A DNA stretch of 64,000 nucleotides from Cycas panzhihuaensis. Taxonomy: Eukaryota; Plantae; Cycadophyta. The notes under the pieces were generated by a model, which ran no database searches, was not told where the DNA came from, and was given only the letters and a program-made list of their open reading frames with translations. This document shows positions 23,262 to 35,429 of the stretch, piece after piece. Position numbers and translations under genes: made by a program. The DNA is taken from the NCBI GenBank assembly GCA_023213395.1, contig CM041465.1, forward strand, positions 90,899,741-90,963,740. Reading direction: 5' to 3'. The first letter of the stretch is position 1. Each line of letters opens with the position of its first letter.

Positions 23262-26200
23262 AAGTCAGACACTAGACCTTCTCTAAATTTTACAAACTTT
23301 TTTCTACCAAGTGGCTTGGTAAAGATATCTGTTGTCTGCTGCTCTGTAATGGAGGTTGATCTCGCCGTTCTGAACATGCTCTCTGATGAAATGGTGATGA
23401 ACCTCTGTGTGTTTGGTTCGTGCATGAAAAACCTGATTGTTGGTCAACTTGAGCACACTTTGATTGTTGCATTACAGCCTGGTGGGGTGATTTTGCTTAA
23501 GTCCAAGCTCTCCAAGAATTCGTCTAAGCCAAATAACCTCACAAGCTGTGCTGGTTGCAATTTTGTACTCTGCTTCCGTGGATGACAAGGTAACATTTAG
23601 GTGCTTCTTGCAACTCCGTGAAATAACTCCAGAACCAAGGGTCAAACAGTAACCCAAGGTCAATCTTCGGTTATCTTGGCATTCTACCCAATCAGAATCT
23701 GAGAACTCTTCCAAGATGAAGTTCTTGTTGTGTACATACTAAAGGCCATACTACAATGTGCCTTTAATGTATTTTATTATGTATTTAGCTGCATTCCAAT
23801 GATTCTGATTTGGCTAAGACATGTATTTGGAACAAATCCCTACAAGAAATAAAATGTCTGGTTTAGTGTTGGTGAGGTAGATTAGGCTACCAACTAGTTG
23901 TCGGAAAGGAGTGGGATTTGTAGGTTCAACTTCCTCGTTGAGAGTTAGCTTGGTTCCATTCTCCATAGGCATAGGCATTGGTTTGTAATCTTGCATTCTG
24001 AACCGATGCAAAATGTCCGAAGAGTATTTTGCTAGGGAGATGAAGATATAACCTGGCTATTTTTATACCTCAAAGCCTAAAAATAATGGAGAAGTCCAAG
24101 ATTTGTCATCTCGAAACTTCTCTTCAAGTCACCTTGGAGAATTTCAATCATCTTAGTATCATTTCCCATGATCACTAAGTCATCAACATACAAGAGAATA
24201 GAAATTGCATAGTCCTTCCCAACTTTAATGTATAAGTTATGATCTGATGTGGATCGATGATATCCATGTTTCAAGAAATAATCATCGATTTTTGAGTACC
24301 ATGCTTTAGGGGCTTGTTTTAAGCCATACAAAGCCTTTTTGAGGTGACAAACCATATGCTCCTTGCCTTGTACTTTGTAACCAGGAGGCTACTCCAAATA
24401 TACCTCCTCTTGAAGATCGTCATTGAGGAAGGTGCTCTTCACGTCCATCTGGTAAACTGGCCATTTGCATTGAGTAGCCAAGGCCAAGATGCATCTAATG
24501 GTGTTCATGTTCGCAACAGGTGCAAAGGTCTCCTCATAATCAATACCTTCCTTTTGTTTGAAGCCCTTTGCAACAAGTCATGCCTTTTGGTGCTTGAGTG
24601 TCCCATCAGAGTGGAATTTTGTTTTGTAAACCCATTTGCAACTAATTGCCTGTTTGTTTTAGGCAATTCTACCAAATCCCAAGTTCCATTCTTCTCAATA
24701 GAATAGATTTCTTCATCCATGGCAGCCTTCCAATTTTCATTTGTATATGCCTCCTCAAAAGTGGAAGGCTCATCAACGCATAACACTTTAGCCATAAGTG
24801 CATAATTGGTTTGCTGCTAATACTTTGATGGACATTTTCCTTCAATAATCTGGCTGTTTGAATAGTTTGAGTGTACCATTTGGGCAACTTCTTCACTGAT
24901 GTGACTTGAACCTCAAGATCTTCTGGTTGGAGCGGTTGATCAATAGAAGATGTGCTTGGATCAAGTGGAGCAGACTCTAATGATGTAGAAGGATCAACCG
25001 GTGCAGAGCTGTACATGGTGTGGAAGATTGAAAGGGAAGGAAGTCCTCAACGATCTTTTTGCCTTTGTTAATGGGAGGTTGGATGGATGTTGGTTCCAAC
25101 TCCTTATGATCATCTTCAACAAAGATAACATCTCTTGAGAGATGCATTTTCCTAGCAATGGGATCATACAATTTGTATGCCTTGCTGTGAATGGCATAAC
25201 CTACAAAAATACACTTAAGACTATGTTTATCTAGCTTTGATCTTTGTTGATTGGGGATGTGCATATATGCAGTACACCCAAAGGTCCTGAAATGGCTAAT
25301 AGTTGGCTTTTTGCCAGCCCAAGCCTCCTTTGGTGTGATGTTCGTGACAACTGATGTAGGACTTCGATTGGCCATATAGGCAGTTGTGTGGAATGCTTCT
25401 GCCCAATATGCTCGAGGTAGCCCTTTTGCATGCATCATGGCTTTGGCTTTATTGGCCAAAGTCCTATTCATTCGCTCTGAAACTCCATTTTGTTGAGGAG
25501 TATGTGGAATTGTGAGTTGTCTTCGAATGCCATTGCCCTTGCAGAATTGGATGAATTCCTTTGAAGTGAATTCACCTCCATTGTTTGACCTTAAAATCTT
25601 GATTGAGTGGCCAGATTCATTCTCCACTTCAAGTTTGAATTCCTTGAACTTTTGAAATGCTTCGGATTTCTGTTTGATAAAATAAACCCAAACTCTGTGT
25701 GAAAAGTCATCTATGAAGGAGATGTAGTACAATGCTCCTCCAAAGGATGCTGTGGACATAGGTTTACATAAATCTAAGTGCATCAGCTGTAAGGTATGTG
25801 ATGTACGCCACACTTTGCCTTTAGGGAAAGGCTGTCAATGCTGTGTCTCCATTATGCAAGCTTCACAAAGACATTTTGATCCATAAAGTCTTGGAAGCCC
25901 ATGCACCATGTTTTTGTTCACCATCATCTTGATGTTGTCTAAGCTTAAGTGGCCTAGACGTTGATGCCAAAGTTGCATCTTTGACATTGATTGAGTGACT
26001 GAGTATGCCGTAGCAAGTGTCATATTATTTGCATCCATCTTATAAAGTCCATGGTCTTCATGATCAATGGCCACCACCTGATCATACTTGTCACTAATAA
26101 TACATTTCCCACTTTTAAACAAAATGCTTATCTGTTGTTTGTCCAATTGACTAATAGATAGCACACTCTTCTCCATGGAAGGAATGCGGTAGGCATCTCT

Positions 26201-27316
26201 AGTGGGAGATGTTGAAGCAGGATTTGAAGGTGAATGGAATGAGACAGTTTTGCCTATACCTGAAATCTGAATGGATTCATTGTTGCCAAATGTCACTATT
26301 TGACCCCTTCCTTCTTTGATATCATAGAGGAGTTCTTCACTTCCTGTCATATGACAAGATGCCCCCGAATCGATGATCCATGTTTGATCAACATCTGAAG
26401 TGCGATAAGCACAAAAGAGCTTATCTTCATCTGCAAACTGATTTGAGTGGCGTTGATTGCCACCTTTGAAACCCCCCCTTCCTCTTTGACCTCCTCGATA
26501 AGCACTTTGATTTGGTCGAGAGGTTTGTTGCTGAAAATGTTGTTGTTGCTGGAAGTACTAACGAGGCTATTACAACGTGGCTGCTACTGTCTGGATTGTT
26601 GGAGATCGGCTTGCTTCTTTCGACATTCAGGAGCTATGTGGCCAACTTTGCCACAATAATGACAGATTACATTGGCTTTTGAGAAGCCAATGCTCATGTT
26701 CCCAAACTATTTTGTGAGTGGAAGTTTGGGACCCTGTTTGGCCTTTAACTTGGCCATAAATATTCCTGACGTAGATGGCTCATCATCTTCCCTTAGGTAG
26801 ATCTATTCCTCTTGAAGAAGTAAACTTTCTAGTTGATTGAAAGTTATTGTTGAAAGTGAGTCATCACGAGTAATGGATGAAATGAATCCATTATAGTCTT
26901 TAGGCAATGCATGCACAATTGCTGTCACAAGCTCGTCTCTGGAAGCTGGTTTGCCTAATGTGTTCAACTTATTACAAATCTCTTTGATTGAAGAAAAGAA
27001 TGCCGACATAGGCTTTACAAATTTCCTTAGAAGTTTTTGCACATACAATATTTTGATCAACATGCACATCAATAATCATATGTAAAAGAGCTAAGGCAAT
27101 TTCATCTTTGGATTTCCAAGCAGCAATAAGGACTGGATTTGGATCAACAACATTACCATCACTTTCCACAGGTACAGGTTTGGGGATTTTTCCAGAAACA
27201 TATCCCTAAAATTCATTCTTGATCAAGAGATTTTGAGTTTGCCTTTTCCATTCTTGATAGTTATTTTTTCTAGTCAATTTTATGGTACATGCATTGAACA
27301 TGTTTATAGCAGCCAT
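23262..27316 (-). pseudogene. copia B gag-pol
   Basis: Gag with a CCHC knuckle, WIIDSGASCHM (PR), LWHQRLGH, HLDLC, PQQNGVSERMNR (INT), LKKALYGLKQAP, LYVDD (RT), SSTEAEY (RH). Confidence 0.93.
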
Positions 27317-29401
27317 GTTTAAGTTGTAAACTCTTGAAGCTAGCAGATGAACTTGGAAACGCTAAGCTGTTGTCGCTTAAGTTCTACCTTCTAACAAGCC
27401 AACAATTCTGATCTTACTAGAAGATCCAACAACTGAAGAGAATGATGAGGGGTGGAGGACTAGGCTATAGAGTTGGTCCAACCTTGATCTATAAAGGAGA
27501 TTTAACGGTTGACCAAGTCAAATCTAGAACAAGGCAGGTAGAGTTGATCTGCATGGACGTACCATGCTTTCCCTAGGATTCGCAGCCCCAATAGCACCCT
27601 TTTCGAACCTCCTTTTCCTCAAGAAACCTTAGTTGTCGTGCACTGACCATATGGTCGGTTGCTCCTCTAGGGAATGCACCAAGTTTAAGGTTATTTTAGA
27701 GGCAAGGATGCCTTTTTCGAGCCTCTACCACCAAATTTTAAAGTCACTTTTTAAGAGTGTTAAAGTTGACTTTAGGTAAATTTTACTTGGTAGATGTACT
27801 CGTGAAAAATGCTTTATAAAATAACTTACAATGAGCTTCAAATGGAAGGAATAAAGTACATCAAGAACACAATAAGTGTGTTTACAAAGGCACTTTATAA
27901 AATGAAAAGAAGTGCTTACAAAACCAAGTAAAAAACCAAGTTTTTGCTTTATGCGATGCAACAGGTGGGTTCGTTTTTAATGGAAAATGATCAACTTGAA
28001 GATGAAATGAGTCACTTGCAAAAGTAGACAACAACAACCAAGTGTTAGGCCTTAAATAGTCCTAACCAGCCAAAAAAAGTTGAGTGATTTTATTCAAAAG
28101 TAAAATTTTGGGCCCCTTTTTTGATTAGGGCACTAGGTCACTATGCAGGGAGCCTTAGGAAAAACACTTAAATAAGTGAATTTTTTCACTTTTTCAATGA
28201 AAATGATGCTAAAAATCACTTAAATTGAGTTAAAATAATACTAATAGAAATTTATCAAGTGTTAAATAACTCAAAAAGTTAATAAAAAGATTGAAATTAT
28301 ATTAAGAGTGATTAAATAGTATTAAAATCACTTACAATATAAAAAAGCTTTATAACTAAAGTTTAAATTAGAAAGAGAATATTTCATGAATATTCTAAAT
28401 GACATAACATATAGTTATATCACTAAAGTAAAAAAAAGATTTCTTTTGAAAAAATCTTCACTTGCGCGGTCGCGTAACTTTGTGGAGGTCGAAATGGTTC
28501 AATCTCTTCACAGAAAGGTCATATCAAGCTCAAAATTTAGATGGAGGGTCGTAGGAGCAAGGCAAAGATGCTTGCCAAATCTCACGAGATTCCGTTCATT
28601 GTGGTGGCAAAACGAAGCATATGAGATAAAATATTGGGTGCATGGCTGTGATCATTTAGATCGTATGAATTTTTTGCACAGTGCACAGAATGGCATGAAA
28701 TTGCAGGGGATCCTTTGTATGGCAAAGACAAAGGTCACACTTAAATTTTACGAGAAACAGAGCTTGCTTCAAGGAGATCTGAATTAACACGTTTTGGAGA
28801 GGCACATTGCTAGTCAAAACAGTGTCCATACACTATCTAGGGTTTAGAACCCAGATTTAAAACTTCAAATCTTGTTTTTTTGAGATTAGATCACTTGCAA
28901 ATAATGTCAGTTTGAGGACAGCTAGCCAGATTCAAGAGAAATGAGCGAAAAAATGTTAGTTTTTGAAGAAAAATCACTGAAAACAGTGATAAATCTGCCC
29001 AACATTGTTAGAAAACTGTTGCAGGTTAGTTACAGGCCATAAATGATAACCAAAAGATTGATTTACAGTCAGAAACTAGTCAGATCTCTCAGATTTGCCC
29101 ATTTTCTTGCAGAAAAATAATTTTTTTTGACAAAAAATCAAAGAAAAATCATTGTTTTTGATAACAGTGAGTGTTGCACGCTGCAGATATGTCTGAAAAA
29201 ATTTCAGACCTTAAAATAAATGAGCTACAACTTGTAAAGTACTCCAAAATGCTTGGATCTGCTGAAAATAAGACAAACAAACCTTGGATTGCCTTCGGAG
29301 AATGAAGGTCGTTATAAAGGGTTTGTAAACCCTTACAAGATCACTTAAAACCAAGGAAATTAGAGCAAAAAAGGACTCCTTTTTGCTACTCTGATACCAA
29401 A

Positions 29402-29947
29402 TGTTAGAAATGGCTTAAAGCCAACAATAACCGGGATCAAGAAAGGAGTACTAATCTTGCTCTATAATGAAGATGATGGACATTAATATTGAAAGCTATT
29501 CAAATAAGCAAGAATGAACTAAAAAGCATGAAAGAGCATGGGCAAGACAATACCAAGATATGGAGGAGATGGAATTGGTCCAATCTCCAAATGAATGATA
29601 GTTTGATTAACAAACTAGCAGCATAACAATGTTACTCACGCTCCATATGAGATACATGAGTAATTGTCTCAATATATAGAGTTTGAGGAGAGACCTAGGG
29701 TGCTGGATGTTTAATAAGTGTCAAACATCCAAGCTATATCCTTTGCATGAAGGACACGTGTCCTTTCGGGCTCTCAAGTGAGCAAAAGTGTGAAAGGGTC
29801 ATTTTGACCCTTAAGTCACAATGTTATGTCACTAGGAAAGAATGTGGGTGCGTACTTTATCACTTAAGCGATAAATCACCTCATAAAGTATAATAATACA
29901 TGAATAATAAAGTACATAAGCTTAACATGTAAACATAAGATTTAATA
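29402..29947 (-). repeat. 5' LTR of copia B
   Basis: Direct repeat of 22705-23237; adjacent PBS. Confidence 0.93.
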
Positions 29948-29952
29948 GGGCC

Positions 29953-30665
29953 CACTTCATTATTATCTTGGTATTAAAGTTAATCAAACAACAAATGCTA
30001 TTTTTATTTCACAATCAAAGTATGCCAAGAATCTTCTCAAAAGATTGAATACGGAAGATTGTAATCCCTGTGCTACACCCATGGAAATAGAATGTATTTT
30101 GACAGCCAATGAAGACAATTATTAGATGAGTGAGACGCTTTTTAGACAATTGGTTGGAAATTTCATTTACCTAACTGCAATCAGACCAAACATAACCCCA
30201 AGTTACCCATTGGAATGTTGCTAAAAAAATCCTAAGATATATCAAAGATGCATTAGACCTTGGATTGAAGTACATTGAGGTAGACAAATCAGGATTAATT
30301 GGATACAATGACCTAGATTGGGCAAGTGAATGATAGGAAATAAAGTCCACATCAGGATATTGTTTTAATCTTGGGTTAGTTGTAACATCTTAGAGCATCA
30401 AAAAACAACCAACAGTGGCATTGTCATCAATAGAAGTAGAATACAAAGCTGCAATTACCGCAACCTATGAAGCAATATGGTTAAGACAACTTTTCAAAGA
30501 TTTAAATCATAATTGTTGTAAAGCAACCACAACTTTTTGTGATAATCATAGTGTTACCAACTCACAAAAAGTCCTATTTCTCATGCAAAGAACAAAACAT
30601 AGAAGTGTATCATCATTTTATTAGAGAAAAGGTTTAGAATAAAGAAATAGATCTTCTGTTTGCAA
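29953..30665 (+). pseudogene. copia A RT C-terminus and RNase H
   Basis: LHYYLGI, FISQSKYA, ALSSIEVEY, FCDN, TKHIEV.HHFIREK. Confidence 0.88.
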
Positions 30666-32070
30666 TGTGTCCATACTTAGAATGCCAAATTTCATTAATA
30701 GTGTTGTTAACAACAAAGGACCTTACAGAAGGGTCAAACAAAATAGATGTTGAAATCAATTTATAGAGATTACCGATTTCAACACCTTTTATTATTACAA
30801 CTCCGTCTTTTCTCATGTCATGAATATGGCAACTCCCATTTACCTTAAAGACAACTTGGAGTCCCTTTTTTTTCAATTGGGATATAGACAAAAGATTTCT
30901 TTTTAGGCTAGGTAAATATAAAACTTCTCCAATTTTTTTAATTTTTTCATCAATTAGAATAGCAACGATACCTTTCCCTTTGATCTACAGAGGAAAGTTA
31001 TCACCAAGTTTCACAATTTTGTTGATGAAGTATGGCTACAGTGTTTCAAACCATTCCTTTTTACCTATCATGTGATTTGATGCTCCTAAATCTATGTATT
31101 GGTCTTCATTTTTATTGGTGCATACAGAGAGAGTTATGATGAGTGCAGTTTCTTCCTCTTCCTCTTCTTGCTCTTGGCTATAATTTTCTTCTACTCTCTT
31201 CCCTCTATGGATGTCAGCTTGTTTCTATGGGCAGCAATTTGAAGAGTGTCTTGTTTTTCCATAATAATAACAATTTTGTAAATTTTGCATCCTACATTCA
31301 CTGGACAAGTGACCATACCTTCCACAACGAAAATATTCTTTGGTTTCTCTCAGTCTGCCTCTTCCTTCTGATCCCCAAGGAATTCTTCCATGTCCTTCTG
31401 GAGACCAATATGATTTAGTTGGAAATCTAGCCCATCCTTTGGTGTTTCTACCTCGTCCTCTCATTGTGTTTCTGGAGCGTCCTCTGCCTTCCAAACTTAA
31501 CTTGGATGTGAATGCTTCTTCAATATTCGTCTCTTTTTCATATCTCCTGTTCCTTTGCTCTTGTTACAACATATGACCTGTTAAAGTATCAAATGACATA
31601 TTTGTTGTATGACCTCCTATGGTAAGCGTATTTACCATGGTGTCAAAAGATTTTGGGAATTTGTTTATAATTAAATGAACAAGTTCAGAGTCAGTTAAAG
31701 TGTCTCCTGCAGAAATTAAGCCACTTTTGATTTCAACAATCTTGGTTATAAAGTTTGACACTTTTCCTCCCTTCTTGAGAGTGACTCTGTATAATTGTTC
31801 TCTGAGTGAAATAATTTGTGTTTCATTTTTTTGACTGTATAATGAAGCTAGAATCTTCCAAGCTTGTGCAGAAGAGGTGACAAAGTCTATGTGACTTATT
31901 AAGGCATCTTCTACGGACAACAAAATTGCAAGCAAGGCCATCCTATCTCTTTCTTCCCAACTAATTGTGTCCACTGTATTAGTGGGTTTGGTTTCTTTAC
32001 CTGTCACTATCTCCCAAGCATTTTTTACCATTAACAAACCCTGTATTTTCACTTTCTATATGTTGTAATG
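30660..32070 (-). pseudogene. Inverted gag-protease-pre-integrase segment of copia C
   Basis: Minus strand reads KVKIQGLLMVKNAWEIV (gag), two CCHC knuckles, protease, NLLSISQL, IWHSKYGHIA. Homologous to copia A but a different copy. Confidence 0.9.
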
Positions 32071-34933
32071 GTTTACCAAAAATGCCTTTTGAACCCTTTG
32101 TATGCAAAAGTTGTATGATGGGCATGAATCATCAAATCCCTTTTCAACAAAGCACATGGAAAGCACGCAAAAAATTGGAATTAATTCATACAGATTTGTG
32201 TGGACCAATAACACCAAATTCGATAAATGGTGCCAGGTACTTTCTCACATTCATTGATGATTTCTCCAGGGAAACTTGGGTTTATTTTCTCTGTAGCAAA
32301 TTAGAAGCCTTAGATTATTTTAAAGAAGTTAAAGCATAGGTTGAACTGGAAAGTGAATGTAAGATCAATATTCTTCAATCTGACAGAGGAGGAGAATATA
32401 ATTCAAAAGTCTTATGTCAGTTTTGTAAAATAAATGGGATATAGAAATAACTAACAACTCCATATACACCACAATCAAATGGAGTAGCTGAATGCATGAA
32501 TAGAACAATTATGGAGATGGCATGTAGCATGATAAGCGAAAAGGCATTGACAAAATCATATTAGATAGAAGCAGTTAACATGGCAATCTATCTTATCAAC
32601 AGAAGCCAAACACAAGCTTTGGATAAGATAACTCCTGAAAAAGCATGGACCAACACAAGACCAAATGTGAGTCATCTTAAAATTTTTGGAAGTAAAGCTT
32701 ATGTTCATATTCATGACAATGAAAGGACAAAAATGGATGACAAAAGTATAGAATGCATAGTGGTTGGATATAGTGACCAATCTAAAGCATATAGATGCAT
32801 AGATCAAAAAACAAATAGGATCTATATTAGTAGGGATGTAAATTTTGATGAATAGTTAAATAAAAAAGAAAGAAGTGATTACCTATAAATTGAAGGAGGC
32901 ACATAGATACATCTACCGATTGAAGAAATATCTGAAGCCACTACGACATAGAAGGATACTTCAGATAGTGAGCTTCAAGAAAGTAGCATCCCTGAATAAC
33001 CTCAATTGATCGAAGAAGAGCAAAATGTTTCTGAAGAAGAACAAAGTTCTTCTTAAGATAACAACCATGAATCTTTAGGAAATTACCTAAGTGGTACATT
33101 AAAATTGTTGAAGACTCCAAAGGGAATATTTTCGATCAAAGAACTAGGTCATAGAAAAATCAAAGCTTATTGTGCTCTGTTAAACCACAAAATTATTCAG
33201 AAGCTTGTGATAATCTAGAATGGTAGGAAGCCATGGATGTAGAAATCAATGCCATTAGAAGGAATAAGACCTGGGAATTGGTAAATGCTCCTACAAATAA
33301 ACCTATTGTTGGTTGCAAATGGGTTTATAAAATAAAAAAGAAGCCTGATGGCATTGTTGAAAGGTATAAGGCAAGATTGGTTATAAAAGGTTACACTCAA
33401 ATAGAAGGAATAGATTATGAGGAAACCTTTTCACCAGTAGCCAAATTAATTACTGTACATATAATGATAGCCATGGCAGCCCAATTTAAATGGAAAGTCA
33501 TACAACTTGATGTAAAAAGTATTTTTTTGAATGGAGATTTGGTTGAAGAAGTCTACATGCATCAACGAATGGGATATGTGAAAAAGGGCGAGGAGCATCT
33601 TGTTTGCAAATTAAAAGAGGCCCTATACAGATTGGAGCAGACAACCAGAGCATGGTATGCAAAGGTGGATCAACATTTAAGACAAACAAGATTTTATAGA
33701 TGTGATTCAAACCCTAGTCTTTACATCAAAATAAATAAAGACAATTTAATAACTATCATTGTAGTTTATGTAGATGACATGATAATTACTGGAAATGATG
33801 ATGAAACAATTTGACAAGTTAAACTACAAATGGAAGATCAATTTGAAATGATAGATATGGGTCTACTTCATTATTATTTAGGTCTTGACATCAGCTAGCA
33901 AAAAGAATCTATTTTTATATCCCAAGAAAAATATGTAAAAAAATTTCTTCAAAGATTCAAAATGGAAGACTGCAATAGCTGTGCTACTCCAATGGAAACT
34001 GATTGCATTTTAAATACTGATGATGATGGTCAAAGTGTAAATGGAACATTGTACAGGCAGTTGATAGGTAGTCTTATCTATCTCACAGCCACAAGACCAT
34101 ATATTTTATACTCAATAGGAGTTGTATCTAGATATATGTAGCATCCAAAATTGCCCCACTGGAATGTTGCTAAAAGAATCCTCAGATACATTAAAGGAAC
34201 TCAGACAATAGGTTCCAACTATACTCGAGCCTCAAATTTTTAGCTAATTGGGTATAGTGATTCAGATTGGGCAGGGGATAGGCAAGAAAGAAAGTCTAGC
34301 ACAGGGTATTGCTTCTCACTTGGATCTGCAATTATTTTCTAGAGCAACAAAAAACAATCCACAGTAGCTTTGTCATCCACTGAGGTAGAATACAAAGTAG
34401 CTGTTAGTGCAACTTGTGAAGGAGTATGGATTAGACAACTACTCAAGGATTTGATGCAAAAACAAGACCAACCTACATCCATTTTTTGTGATAACCAAAG
34501 TGTTATCAAATTAACAAAGAATCTAGTGTTCCATGGCAGAACCAAGCACATTGAGGTTCACCATCACTTCATCAGGAAAAATGTTCAAAGTAAAGAGAGA
34601 CTTGTTGTACTGTAATAGTGAAGAACAACTTGCTGATATTTTCACCAAAGCACTTCCAAAGGATAAATTTCAATATCTCAGACAACCACTTGGCGTTGAA
34701 AACAAAATATAAAACATTAAGAGAGGGTATTAGAGAAATAAAAATAATAATGTTCTTTCTTTTGTTCCTAAGGTAAAGCTGAGGGTTATGTGTCGAACCC
34801 CTCTTTAATGTACTTGTGACACTTGGCCAACATGCATTGGGCTTTATATGTACCCATGATGTATTTATATGAAAGATTTCTTCTCATCAATGCATGGAAT
34901 CATTGTCTTCTCAATTCGATGATTGTTTTGACA
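32063..34933 (+). mobile_element. copia C 3' part: INT-RT-RH pseudogene, PPT and 3' LTR (34728-34933)
   Basis: NGLP..C..C, HTDLCGP, GCKWVYK, VYVDD, SSTEVEY, TKHIEV. PPT aagagaggg (34719-34727), LTR tattag...ttgaca related to but distinct from the A LTR. Confidence 0.9.
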
Positions 34934-35429
34934 GTTGTACAGTATGTGGCATTGATATGCATACACGGGGTTCAATGCAATATAGAAATGAAAGTAAAAT
35001 TTAAACAATATCATATATTATTTCTTATAAAATAGAAAGGGGAGAACAATTCAAATTACATAACCTAACAATGAAAAGATTTACATAAATCAAGAGCTAA
35101 GAACTTATCTTTCAAGTGGAAATGGAAGATTGCTCAAGTACTCTTCACTTAGCCAACCTGAATTTTCATATCAAGAATCTTCCACCAAGTAGATGTGGTA
35201 AAATAGGGCATGTTGGCACTTGGAAACATGTTCACAAAATATAAAAATACAATTGGTACTTCTTAGACATCTAATGGGGCATTTTGCTAGGCTCCTAATT
35301 TAGAAACAAGGGATGATTAAATTATAGTATGAAATAAATTGTAAAGAAATAAAATGTACAATGAAATATGTAATGTGTACTAGGTGGGGTTTTACATCTA
35401 GTCCCCCTTAAAAGAAGCATCGTTCATGA

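Larger units (their letters stand above)
22705..29947 (-). mobile_element. Full-length Ty1/copia element B (7.2 kb) inserted in RT of copia A
   Basis: LTRs 22705-23237 and 29402-29947, PBS (rc ctctgatacca 29389-29399), PPT (rc C-run from 23238), TSD gggtc/gggcc. Confidence 0.95.
18672..30665 (+). mobile_element. Ty1/copia element A (5' LTR to RNase H; 3' end lost), interrupted by copia B
   Basis: LTR tgttag...taaca (18672-18890), PBS tggtatcagagc (18891-18902), gag-PR-INT-RT from 19557. RT resumes in register at 29953 (MG.LHYYLG) and RH runs to HFIREKV.NKEIDLL. Confidence 0.9.

Noticed and set aside
28386-28787. 133-aa ORF antisense to the copia B leader
   Set aside because: No recognisable domain; likely a chance ORF.
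18672-34933. A single intact copia element bounded by LTRs 18672-18890 and 34728-34933
   Set aside because: The LTRs are only distantly similar, there is no TSD, and two distinct gag-pol sets are present.
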